DNA of 64,000 nucleotides from Clostridia bacterium (GTDB lineage Bacteria; Bacillota; Clostridia; Christensenellales; UBA1242), in the NCBI GenBank assembly GCA_016297845.1, contig JAEDFV010000001.1:80-64079 (forward strand). Reading direction: 5' to 3'. The translations under genes and the position numbers were made by a program. Position 1 is the first letter of the stretch. The number at the start of each line of letters is the position of its first letter. The notes under the pieces were generated by a model that worked only from the letters and a program-made list of their open reading frames with translations, was not told the DNA's origin and did not search any database. This document shows positions 42,701 to 51,238 of this stretch, one piece after another.

Positions 42701-44677
42701 AGAAAGTTTATTGAGTTGTCTTGTAACTTCAATTCCGTTGATTTTTACAACAGTGTCAGAAATATTTTTGTAAGGGACAATGTCGCTTTCAATTACCGTT
42801 CCGCCATATGTCACATCTTCCAAATCAATTTCAAGTTCTTCAAGAGGGCATATTACAACCAAACTGAAGTTGACAGTTTTTCCGTCAGAAAGAGAAACAG
42901 TCAGCGTTGTTGAACCGACTTTGTTTGGGATTATTGTAAATTTTCCATAAACATAGTTTTCATCTTTTGCGTAGTAAGAAAGAGTTCCAATTGTCGCAAT
43001 ATTCCCATTTGCAATTTTTACACTGGAATTTGCACCAATTGTGAATGATGCTGGGTCAATAGCAATGTATTGTGTAATTGTTTTTCCATATTCAGCAAAG
43101 ATAGTTGTCTCGCTTTGTTTAACTTCTAAACCGCTTTCTGTTTTGTCAGCAATAAAAACATTCTTTGCATTTGGATTAATTGTGAAAGTTATATTTGTAA
43201 GCGCACGAGAAGTCTCAGTCGCTGTAAAATCACAGAATGCTGAGGCTTGAGCATAAATTTGTGCAGATTTGTTTGTAACATTTAACAGATATTTTGAGTT
43301 TATAAATGCATAAAGTTTAGTACCTGAAGAAATTGTGGCATATCTTATTGTGCCATTTTCGTTTCCAACCGCGTTTCCATTTTTGTCATATCCAAAAACG
43401 CAAATATAACCAGTTCTTGTGGCATTAAGTCTGTACAAAGAAACTGGCAAATTTTCAAAATCCTTTGCCCAAATTGTTATATAATTTTCGCCAGATTTTA
43501 AGTTGCCCGGCAAAATAGAAAATTCAACCATTTGACCATTTGTTAAATTAATTGAGTTTTCAAAAATGTCAATTTCTACGGATTTATTAGCTCCGTTTAC
43601 TTCCACTGAGTCCGGTTTATTGTATGAGTACAAATTTAAGACGACAGAATTTTCAACGTAATTGCTTTCCCCGGCATTATATCCGTTGTAGGAAACGGTG
43701 AATTTTACATTGTCAATATTTCCTGCCTCTTGGGAATTAGCCTGAATCAAGAAAATATATCTGTGGAGTTTTAGAGCAGAATCATAACTGTAACCTGTTT
43801 GAAGAACGCTGAATTTGTCTAAATCAGTTCCGAAAACTTTATCAATTTTCAAGGTTTCGTCTTGACTTCCCGCTTTAACAATCAAAGTTACAGTTTTGCT
43901 GTTAGGGTAAATTGATTCATCTTTTTCTGTTGGGAAAATTTCCAAATAGTTTTGGATTTCGCTTGAAGATGAAACATTCTCAACAACTGTTTTGCCGTCC
44001 ATAGAAAGAACAACTTGTATTGGCTTGAGAATCTTAACTTCAAATTCAGTTGAAATTTCTGAATTAGAAGAAGAAACTGCTTGCAAAGTTACGCTTTGAA
44101 GAGAGCAACTGTCAGAAACCACCAAGTTCCCGTCAATTATCTCACAACCTTGACTTTCCCCAACAAATGAAAAATCCAAATCACGTTGATTTGTGTCAGA
44201 AGGTATAAAATTCCATATCGTTTGCTGTGAGAGAGAAAGAGTTCTTCCAGCAACAACATACAACGAATTTGCATATTCGTTTTTAAGTTCAATGCCTGTT
44301 ATTGGTTGTATAACCTTGACAGTCAAAACAAATTTTTGAGAACCTTGAAGACTTGTAACAAAAATATGAGCCGTCCCCCTAGACAAGCCTTTGACTTCTA
44401 AAACAGTCTTGCCATTTTTTTTGGGGGTTGGAGAAATTGAAACAAAGTCTTTTTCATTATCTTCCAAACTGAAATTCAGTTGGTCGCTTCCATTCCCAAA
44501 ATTCTTTAGTTCAAACTCAACAGATTTAGTTTCTTGGTCTGTTCCCAGAACGAGTTCAATTTCAGAGTTAGAAGCAGTTATTTGCGCTTTTTTATCAGAT
44601 TCTCCACAAGCATAAAGAGTCATACTTGCAATTACGACTAAAACAAAGCAACCAATAAATCCTAAAATTTTTTTCAT
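33773..44677 (-). CDS. Giant lipoprotein 1, N-terminal portion (Ig-like and GLUG-like repeats), carrying an in-frame antisense IS1-family insertion
   Basis: 3634 aa; MKKILGFIGCFVLVVIASMTLYACGE lipobox; GGAGGGG ribosome-binding site before ATG; ends with TGA at 33773-33775 in the same frame as the next ORF. Confidence 0.85.
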   Translation of the reverse strand: MKKILGFIGCFVLVVIASMTLYACGESDKKAQITASNSEIELVLGTDQETKSVEFELKNFGNGSDQLNFSLEDNEKDFVSISPTPKKNGKTVLEVKGLSRGTAHIFVTSLQGSQKFVLTVKVIQPITGIELKNEYANSLYVVAGRTLSLSQQTIWNFIPSDTNQRDLDFSFVGESQGCEIIDGNLVVSDSCSLQSVTLQAVSSSNSEISTEFEVKILKPIQVVLSMDGKTVVENVSSSSEIQNYLEIFPTEKDESIYPNSKTVTLIVKAGSQDETLKIDKVFGTDLDKFSVLQTGYSYDSALKLHRYIFLIQANSQEAGNIDNVKFTVSYNGYNAGESNYVENSVVLNLYSYNKPDSVEVNGANKSVEIDIFENSINLTNGQMVEFSILPGNLKSGENYITIWAKDFENLPVSLYRLNATRTGYICVFGYDKNGNAVGNENGTIRYATISSGTKLYAFINSKYLLNVTNKSAQIYAQASAFCDFTATETSRALTNITFTINPNAKNVFIADKTESGLEVKQSETTIFAEYGKTITQYIAIDPASFTIGANSSVKIANGNIATIGTLSYYAKDENYVYGKFTIIPNKVGSTTLTVSLSDGKTVNFSLVVICPLEELEIDLEDVTYGGTVIESDIVPYKNISDTVVKINGIEVTRQLNKLSIANSGGSGVQLIKKAVPSNAQYYLEYKFFDFTIPDGKTLKTISISDIDVANLEWSSSSSIINTSRLVNSTLLEAINSGVEGNVLIRIDIKAMKSDGTYTEDPAGSLFYLVNFFVPIKGVSIKNGTIDVYSYDSIGDKFLDSNNISKSIGSFSVTVNPVNVGLIPTYLKNLEIFVNGSTVNISNLFVNDLLYLNADGVVTYNLSAATLKVTRKLEGNVYTFTIQALKSCDANFIFAMSISEINPDKKFTAISRVIITTAVEISEIEVINASEEDPIYIQNQLKSADDFKKIIIQEGVEVEVNDEEAYNNYVSSLIDDVYELELVYNIFANSEKEITNKSLEFEFNWDYLSEKDYYIDENGDKQFFAYMVGDKLTVVRVAYDYSDYFNLSEEERNLTTKDEKKKLAQFGANGTLVIYPTSNYYESTNGWNGEEPIVRIPIKVADGKSSDSAFEIYESEDLKLLGSSPASTFVLRNNIFMPVDYEPVENFMGKLSGRYQSEITPYGIYAIKPLFKMIAESGVVEDMFYYTAYLPELGYTFDEYVSTYNGVTYYGGLANINKGVIRNIGSNYNGTLDTKEILENAGDGMDVFGYMKAFQEHYGTKNSNADSLTTIKYKNVFNPSLSSSEASVAELFGFLALHDESRVINSNSAYGMYYGIEYKAGQLVKYTGGLVGLNLGTIEATDDSLTKGYMATGISGANIGGIAGVNEGKIINYTFIGGVVGVESAGGIVACNKGDLKDCKYINTVPFYANVTLLILNNSAYSYSNEINFSAGGICAVSESGNIYGCVVEAIYDIDQQKELIKFLPSDTGIVYVHYVEKINESAPKEYYNSIVNGTEYSGAKPFVWESISDDELKLYFDSTSGKFPAEWNALSTDQIFYRLNTTQREVYSGGLVGISSNTQISRSMFSGALPVKESNSGGLVGNLISDYNEATNLVLDCYSLVHYDVQNVNLGHSAGQFIYTGSLSEIKNCYIKSNVTSLPSACSATGTPVASFIAGTDKKTGLLDAFAAFSCFNVEGMEIIDAGQKSYKDLYNYGTATLNLQNKGWCSELYERQILGYNNTQVKVSYDDCNPFGVIAGDFGEITGLSKHTSKTASESTIVAFNTLSELFATFMNNFEIPTNGTEYIPTISSNALNSYTQFYNKAIELYNSSLVSFTKNESNDLTRSAVIGVNHPYTMAFGSDVSPELIDFQTVIANLFGFSSKTEFMNYAQDLADTYAQHRANIANSAATNEALDNGCFYTSNGSFVFPIAVKNELSSTVLAYVILDTSGLVSVWVNDITAALWATNFNSSYHTESIINNELYCKNILFVTGPNKVATLSRTYNEGATNKQSDEFTLSTSLTKHSSEDTSSYYLNIERFMLRGNEVYINSISYEDSLGVVRVYPEGGVTINLAEESNFTRTIVNYWNQIYETVGENENTYDVYKVVEYTRTVSNDGTLTLEFVIKYRKINQETGEETTESLRTETYSFKRTSSTDVSKLNLCFDVNVDSDFLNLNFYSFGNTTDSNYIPNIRFSSMGSLDLNSESQNDTYNGYFYDEETIKYKDFADVVYYSGYDTSVKVLDSSLNHVAINDLNLLYYKLYLIGLYNNFDDFMKESVWEKFSYYNPYFDDFKILTGEMTKDMIKDLYCSLFGLTGAYETDADLKTAITNVVENIIIPQINNSLADLKGDVATLKGQFNGTLTGDTGLGYDYGTKDLWLALYETAFGESGKSEAESILELAGNYIDTAQGISSISTVTLSNIENFFGYVDSIYNAQYQMLKLFSKFMEDDDILSGITTLKIKGTDYEQEVWILDLLRTLGPIYHDSAFMVPSVLGGVESFYSTSGIPSTCQGFKDVGWDIENLYDAGGNEIESDSVWVFEDGILPYLRGTKVSTWVENYKIEVNPESKLDKSKIIKGTYIADDYYIMFYNETYSDLAMDTKAQAQLDKLNSVELVDFLRIYDVNGIYEGSIADFSIHSSDINIIKIVNGRLQLVGTGYVTITIKPLFRSLASQDSDITKTIKIFVTNSVGAISIYEGINSNENLDGKEDVTIIKDRPSYFTVANKNVVSLNHNLFMLKTNPLAVQIDITYIDEEENVVSAYKTGESVNLFEVLGLTAGSETNKFAFGTITVSTNNGVLTDEDYHFNFNIDYQKTYINSLAENEWKKELIRNQEEFKTLTSEQINERKQVFIELFIARFQAVSEDAFNFGFNFKVAVRAERILLSVDKAEIDPSTVLSVDAELVSNRTSDRLIMKIIDENEKIVWISEDFGETKVENNSDLFNASIKNGTAHDGKISAKLLISIAENQRQLVNETKTYKIVLTDSNGDVEKSFNLVVKPQEIITVTYTHHNRDDASTESGIKIQDQPSSILVPGDSGILSINLFPAYATYSKIVLTSSVVNGNYVLMEQMYKSGDYFLSTSTTTGYSSERDVNILTIKNTNNSTGSIYVRTKILDSVKEGLYFPITIQIFAIDEDGNEYLSKVETITLISEVIEPASITINGEKDAVVARGTTAELKLTVGENQTLASFGLSEFDKSESSYDYASIYFNTSEYEIDNGKKIYSGTLTVGLDAEIEDDGYFKIQTIVQKIINGRLESTTDSIEIRVVDFLVEGITIEGNDEQDNVFDTPSAIEKDLKFNFKLSETPEMISASQESSINRINNAKEEFLKTVAYKFSNSQGYEYILNTDREFKAQESGGFTSDAKNIVYNLYYTSDMTPYISKSGEPQANKYFTIRYDNENATTLTIVGTSVGSVNMTIRIGYRLPNTKQDNFITYNFSINVQLYSDEDKPTPIETAEQFVTYLQSESEQYASTNYILMNDIVLENFVPFEKTNFASLDGNNKVITIKSFNLSQSTDILNLGLFVNVSEDATLKNLTVSYGLLEDIIVDETIFKSVNFGGIAVYNSGVIYNCEVVSLDIEGGDIKNGGIKIYFDSTKTKHKLDTTNVIIGGLVVENYTGASITNSRVGGKGSFTKVSYDAEKGTTTNSLDFVEFVIVGQ
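38755..38762. repeat. Target-site duplication, left copy (CTTTATTT)
   Basis: Perfect 8-bp direct repeat immediately outside the left terminal inverted repeat. Confidence 0.85.
38763..39567 (+). mobile_element. IS1-family insertion sequence, 805 bp, single-ORF type
   Basis: Terminal inverted repeats 38763-38783 GGTCCTGTTACAAAAAGTATG and complement of 39547-39567 GGTGGTGTTCCGAATTGTATG (15/21 identical), flanked by 8-bp direct repeat CTTTATTT, containing an IS1-type transposase. Confidence 0.9.
38822..39535 (+). CDS. IS1-family transposase (fused InsA-like zinc ribbon and InsB-like DDE domain)
   Basis: CCPKCGSNVVNPNGHKPTGVQNYICKNCGRQF zinc ribbon; DDE candidates at CLEIDEFWTYVGSKSHRVWMIYAY, IATDGWDVF and FTKGIEGNNCRLRCRL. 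Confidence 0.92.
   Translation: MVRTIEICCPKCGSNVVNPNGHKPTGVQNYICKNCGRQFIFDGDRKYKGTIAGVETSIIKCLVRGCGIRDVSSVLGISIGKVLSVVHKFRFRTKPKQVCYDCLEIDEFWTYVGSKSHRVWMIYAYHRTSGEIVALVLGKRNKRTVVKLYRLIIKLGVTIKSIATDGWDVFRTVCRDFKIVHKCGKQFTKGIEGNNCRLRCRLRCVFRKTCNFSKIPSNHAKRIAIVITYLNLGVIVS
39568..39575. repeat. Target-site duplication, right copy (CTTTATTT)
   Basis: Perfect match to 38755-38762 immediately outside the right terminal inverted repeat. Confidence 0.85.
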
Positions 44678-44874
44678 GCTTCCCCTCCGACTTTATCTTT
44701 AATCTCTCTAAAATTTTTATTTTTATTAAAATTTATATATATATTAATATTTTTTTTGTTGAAAACAAAGCAATTTAACAAGATTAAGGCGAAACAAAGC
44801 GATTTTTGAACAAAAAAAGAGAAAAAATTGCTTCGTTTGTTGTAAAATTCAAACATTTTTGCTACGATATACGC

Positions 44875-45597
44875 ATGAGAAAAATTTTAAGCCAATTGAG
44901 AAGCGCAATCGAAAAATATAACCTAATTGAAGATGGAGACAAAATTGCAGTTGGATTAAGTGGCGGAAAAGACAGTTTGGTTCTTCTCTCCGCTCTTTCC
45001 AATTATAGAATTTTTTCACCTGTTAAATTCGACCTAATCGCAATAACAGTTGACCAAACTAACGGCGAAACCGACTTTTCTTGCCTAAGCAATTTTTGCG
45101 AAAAACTCAACGTTGAATTTTATGTTGAAAAAACAGAAATTTTTAACATTGTTTTTAATGAAAGAAAAGAAAAAAATCCTTGCAGTTTGTGTGCAAAATT
45201 AAGACGCGGAATCCTAAATTCAACTGCAAAAAAACTTGGGTGCAATAAAGTTGCCTTGGCACATCACAAAGATGACTTGTTGGAAACGTTTTTCCTTTCA
45301 CTTTTTTATGAGGGAAGACTAAGCACCTTTTCACCAAAAACCTATCTTTCAAATGTCGACATAACCGCAATAAGACCGCTTGTTTTTACTGATGAAAAGA
45401 CCATTATCTCTGCTTCAAAAGACCTTCCAATTGTAAAGAATATTTGCCCAGCAAATCACAAAACAAAGAGAGAAGATATGAAAAATTTTTTGGCAGATTT
45501 GGAGAAGAAAATGCCAAATGTAAAAAATCAAATTTTCAATGCAATAACATCACCAGAAAGATATAACCTTTTCGATAAATTTTTGAAAAATAATTAA
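44875..45597 (+). CDS. ttcA: TtcA-like tRNA 2-thiocytidine biosynthesis PP-loop ATPase
   Basis: GDKIAVGLSGGKDSLVLLSAL, CSLCAKLRRGILNSTAKKLG, ALAHHKDDLLETFFLSLFYEG; listed ORF begins at 44806 but conserved sequence starts near M24 (44875). Confidence 0.8.
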   Translation: MRKILSQLRSAIEKYNLIEDGDKIAVGLSGGKDSLVLLSALSNYRIFSPVKFDLIAITVDQTNGETDFSCLSNFCEKLNVEFYVEKTEIFNIVFNERKEKNPCSLCAKLRRGILNSTAKKLGCNKVALAHHKDDLLETFFLSLFYEGRLSTFSPKTYLSNVDITAIRPLVFTDEKTIISASKDLPIVKNICPANHKTKREDMKNFLADLEKKMPNVKNQIFNAITSPERYNLFDKFLKNN

Positions 45598-45680
45598 AAA
45601 ATAATTTAGTTAAATTAACCAAAATGAATTAAATAATTTTATGGTTATTTTGCACATAAATTTTTTAATTTCTTTTGCTA

Positions 45681-45709
45681 TTGACAAATGTCTTTTACTG
45701 TTGTAAAAT
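45681..45709 (+). promoter_or_regulatory. Promoter TTGACA-17-TAAAAT
   Basis: TTGACA 45681-45686, spacer 17, TAAAAT 45704-45709. Confidence 0.75.
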
Positions 45710-45730
45710 ATGGAAAATATAGGAGAAAAA

Positions 45731-46177
45731 ATGGAAGAAAACAAAGACCTTTTGGCAAAAGAAGATGAAGAAAAGAAACAACGCGAATCACTTGTAAAAT
45801 CTCAACTTAAACATGCCCCTAAAGCAGTTTTCAAAAAGAGATCAGAAACATGTGAAAGAATTAATTATGCCCTAAAAGCAATTAGTCCTCTTTCTTTTTT
45901 CCTTGGAATTATATTCTGGCCAATTGGGCCTATTGGGATGATTTTTATTGCCCTCTTCTTAATTAGTTTTATCAGTTCGCAACTTATAAGCACAGTCTTT
46001 AAAGATGGTTTTAAGCAAGCGAGTGATGCCATAAATGCCGAAAAGGAAAAAGCTTTTGTTGAAAAAAATGTTGATTTGCAACTTGGATTAAACTTAAAAA
46101 AAGAAAAAACTGCTGACAAGATTAAAACAGCAACAGCTTCTGTTAAGAAAGAACAAAAAAATCTTAATAAGGAATAA
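45731..46177 (+). CDS. Small membrane protein, unknown function
   Basis: Two hydrophobic segments; listed start 45710 abuts the -10 box, AGGAG precedes ATG at 45731. Confidence 0.7.
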   Translation: MEENKDLLAKEDEEKKQRESLVKSQLKHAPKAVFKKRSETCERINYALKAISPLSFFLGIIFWPIGPIGMIFIALFLISFISSQLISTVFKDGFKQASDAINAEKEKAFVEKNVDLQLGLNLKKEKTADKIKTATASVKKEQKNLNKE

Positions 46178-46185
46178 CATTTTAA

Positions 46186-46217
46186 AAAATGCCCATTCAA
46201 CTGGGCATTTTTTTATT
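46186..46217 (+). terminator. Intrinsic terminator
   Basis: aaaaaaTGCCCA-ttcaac-TGGGCAttttttta. Confidence 0.85.
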
Positions 46218-46269
46218 GATTTAAATTGTTTTTCTTATCAACTTATTTACAATTTTTATTTGATTATAA

Positions 46270-48279
<2,010 letters not shown>

Positions 48280-48288
48280 GAGCAAGAT

Positions 48289-48612
48289 ATGAGATTTAAA
48301 GAAGAATATGAACTTTTCTTAAAAGAATGGGGCCAAGAATCACAAGAAAGAATGGCAATTGAAGAAATGAGCGAACTTATTAAAGAATTATGCAAAAAAA
48401 TTCGATATGAAAAAGTTGATTTCAATGAACCTGTTCCTAAAGAAAAAATAGATAAAGTTTACAAAAACATTCAAGAAGAAATTGCTGACGTTCTGAACAT
48501 GGTTGAACAATTAGAGGTTTACTATGGAACGGAAGAAATTGAAGAAATCAGAAAAGAAAAAATTGACAGAACAATGAAACTTCTCAGAGAGGTGAATGAT
48601 GAAAGAAAATAA
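48289..48612 (+). CDS. MazG-like nucleotide pyrophosphohydrolase family protein
   Basis: 107 aa; AIEEMSELIKELCKKIR...NIQEEIADVLNMVEQLEVYYG (EExxE...ExxD pattern). Confidence 0.7.
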   Translation: MRFKEEYELFLKEWGQESQERMAIEEMSELIKELCKKIRYEKVDFNEPVPKEKIDKVYKNIQEEIADVLNMVEQLEVYYGTEEIEEIRKEKIDRTMKLLREVNDERK

Positions 48613-51163
48613 CAATAAAAAATCACTAGAGGAAATGTTTAAAGACACAAAAGTTGTCAAAGTTGAAGTAAACGACGAACTCAAAAAGTCTTTCATTTCT
48701 TACGCTATGGCAGTCAACGTTTCACGTGCTATTCCAGACGTTAGAGACGGACTTAAACCAGTACACAGAAGAATTCTGTTCTCTATGGGAGAAATGGGGC
48801 TTTTCTCAGACAAACCATATAGAAAATGTGCTCGTATTGTTGGTGATTGTATGGGTAAATATCACCCACATGGTGACAGTTCTGTTTATGACGCACTTGT
48901 TCGCCTCGCTCAAGATTTTTCAATTGGTTGTCCACTTGTTGACGGTCACGGGAACTTTGGTTCAGTTGATGGAGATGGCGCTGCCGCAATGAGATACACC
49001 GAAGCAAGGTTATCAAAAATTGCAAATTTAATGTTGGAAGATATTGACAAAAACACAGTTGATTTTTATCCAAACTTCGATGACACCCTTATGCAACCTG
49101 TTGTGCTTCCATCAAAGTTTCCTAACCTTCTTGTTAATGGCGCAGATGGAATTGCTGTAGGTATGGCAACAAACATTCCTCCACATAACTTGGCGGAAGT
49201 TATAAGCGGGGTTCAAGCATTAATAAAAAATCCTGACATAGAAATTGATGAATTAATAAAAATAATTCCTGCTCCTGACTACCCAACTGGTGGAATTATC
49301 ATGGGACGCGCAGCAATCAAACATGCATATAAAACAGGACGTGGCGGAATTGTTGTTCGCGGTAAAGCAGAAATTGAAGAAACGGAAAACGGCCGACACA
49401 GAATTATAATAACTGAACTTCCATATCAAGTTAATAAGGCAAAATTGATTATTCAAATGGCTGACCTTGTAAAAAATAAAAAGATTGAAGGAATTTCAGA
49501 CATTAAAGAAGAATCTGACCGTGAAGGAATGAGAATTGTAGTTGATTTAAAACGTGATGCAAATGCACAAGTTGTTTTAAATATGTTATACAAACACACT
49601 CAACTTCAAACAAGTGGCGGAATAATTCTTCTTGCTCTTGTTGATGGAACACCTAAAATTTTAACATTAAAAGAAATGTTATATTACTATCTTGAACATC
49701 AAAAAGAAGTTCTGACAAGAAAAACACAGTTTGACCTTGGAAAGGCGCTTGAACGTCAACACATTGTTCAAGGACTTGTTATTGCTCTTGCAAATATAGA
49801 TGAAGTTGTTTCAATAATTAAAAACTCAGACGATAAACAAGATGCAATGCAAAAACTTATGGAAAACTTTGAACTTTCCGACAAACAAGCAAATGCAATC
49901 CTTGAAATGAAATTATCAAGACTTACAAGTTTAGAAGTTCACAAACTTAAAGATGAACTTGAAGAACTTGAAGCATTAATTGCAGATTTAAATGACATTT
50001 TGGCTAGACCTGAACGTGTTCTACAAATAATTTATGACAATCTTGAAGAAATCAAAACGCAATTTGGAACTCCACGTAAAACTCAAATAAGCATGGAAAT
50101 CGGCAACATAGATAATGAAGATTTAATTGAAAAAGAAGACGTTGTCATATCCTTGACTCATGGAGGTTATGTAAAAAGAATGAGTGTGAGCGAATATCAC
50201 TCCCAAAGACGAGGCGGAGTTGGAATTTCAGCACACAAAACAAAGGAAGAAGACTTCGTTGAAAAAATTGTTGTAACAAGCACACACAGCGATTTATTAT
50301 TCTTCACAAATTTTGGAAAGGTATATTCAATAAGAGCATATGAAGTTCCAGAAGCTCAAAGACAGGCAAAAGGACGCGCTATAATCAACCTTCTCCCACT
50401 CATGCAAGACGAGAAAGTTGAGGCAATGATTTCTTTTGAGAAAGGTCAAGAAGGAAACCTTGTTATATCCACTAGAAACGGCTTAATCAAAAAGACAGAC
50501 CTAAAAGAATTTGCAAATATAATGAAATCTGGGAAAATTGCAATAAAATTGGTCGAAGGTGACAAGCTTAATGGAGTTGGACTCACAACTGGGGAAAACG
50601 AAATCTTGATTGCATCTCACAATGGAAAATGTATAAGATTTAGTGAAAAAGATGTAAGGCCAATGGGCAGAACATCTCAAGGTGTTCGTTCAATGAAACT
50701 TGACTCAAATGATTACATCGTTGATATGGCAATAATTGAAAAAGATTCACAATTCATTACAATCACAGAAAACGGTTATGGAAAGAGAACAGTCGTTGAT
50801 GACTATCGTCTTCAATCCAGAGGCGGAAAAGGCATAAAGGCAGGAAATTTCAATGAAAAAACTGGAAAGCTTGTTGCTCTCAAAATAACAAATGACGATG
50901 AAGATTTAATGCTAATTTCCGACAACGGTGTTATCATAAGAATGGCATCATCTGACATAAGAATTATCGGAAGAAGTTCACTAGGTGTAAAAGTCATGAA
51001 ACTTCGTCCTGGGGCAAGAATAGTTAGTGTTGCAACAACAATCCACGAAGAAACTGACGAATCTGCTCTTGGAACTGAAGACATTAATAATGTTGAATTG
51101 ACTTCTGAAGAAATTGAATATGCAGAGCAAGAAAATATTTCTGAAGAAAATGAAACGGTTTAA
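48596..51163 (+). CDS. gyrA: DNA gyrase subunit A
   Basis: SYAMAVNVSRAIPDVRDGLKPVHRRILFSM, YHPHGDSSVYDALVRLAQDF, GyrA-box-like QRRGGVGI. Confidence 0.95.
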   Translation: MMKENNNKKSLEEMFKDTKVVKVEVNDELKKSFISYAMAVNVSRAIPDVRDGLKPVHRRILFSMGEMGLFSDKPYRKCARIVGDCMGKYHPHGDSSVYDALVRLAQDFSIGCPLVDGHGNFGSVDGDGAAAMRYTEARLSKIANLMLEDIDKNTVDFYPNFDDTLMQPVVLPSKFPNLLVNGADGIAVGMATNIPPHNLAEVISGVQALIKNPDIEIDELIKIIPAPDYPTGGIIMGRAAIKHAYKTGRGGIVVRGKAEIEETENGRHRIIITELPYQVNKAKLIIQMADLVKNKKIEGISDIKEESDREGMRIVVDLKRDANAQVVLNMLYKHTQLQTSGGIILLALVDGTPKILTLKEMLYYYLEHQKEVLTRKTQFDLGKALERQHIVQGLVIALANIDEVVSIIKNSDDKQDAMQKLMENFELSDKQANAILEMKLSRLTSLEVHKLKDELEELEALIADLNDILARPERVLQIIYDNLEEIKTQFGTPRKTQISMEIGNIDNEDLIEKEDVVISLTHGGYVKRMSVSEYHSQRRGGVGISAHKTKEEDFVEKIVVTSTHSDLLFFTNFGKVYSIRAYEVPEAQRQAKGRAIINLLPLMQDEKVEAMISFEKGQEGNLVISTRNGLIKKTDLKEFANIMKSGKIAIKLVEGDKLNGVGLTTGENEILIASHNGKCIRFSEKDVRPMGRTSQGVRSMKLDSNDYIVDMAIIEKDSQFITITENGYGKRTVVDDYRLQSRGGKGIKAGNFNEKTGKLVALKITNDDEDLMLISDNGVIIRMASSDIRIIGRSSLGVKVMKLRPGARIVSVATTIHEETDESALGTEDINNVELTSEEIEYAEQENISEENETV

Positions 51164-51208
51164 TTTATAATTCTCTTCAAATACAAGTTTTAAAAGATTA
51201 AATTAAAA

Positions 51209-51238
51209 GAAAAAATACGCTTTACGGCGTATTTTTTT
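51209..51238. terminator. Bidirectional terminator between gyrA and cca
   Basis: aaaaaATACGC-tttacg-GCGTATttttttt. Confidence 0.8.

Noticed and set aside
15980-44677. Many 60-120 aa plus-strand ORFs opposite the giant genes
   Set aside because: Apart from the IS1-type transposase they have low-complexity or repetitive sequences explained by the antisense of the giant coding sequence, with no recognisable domains.
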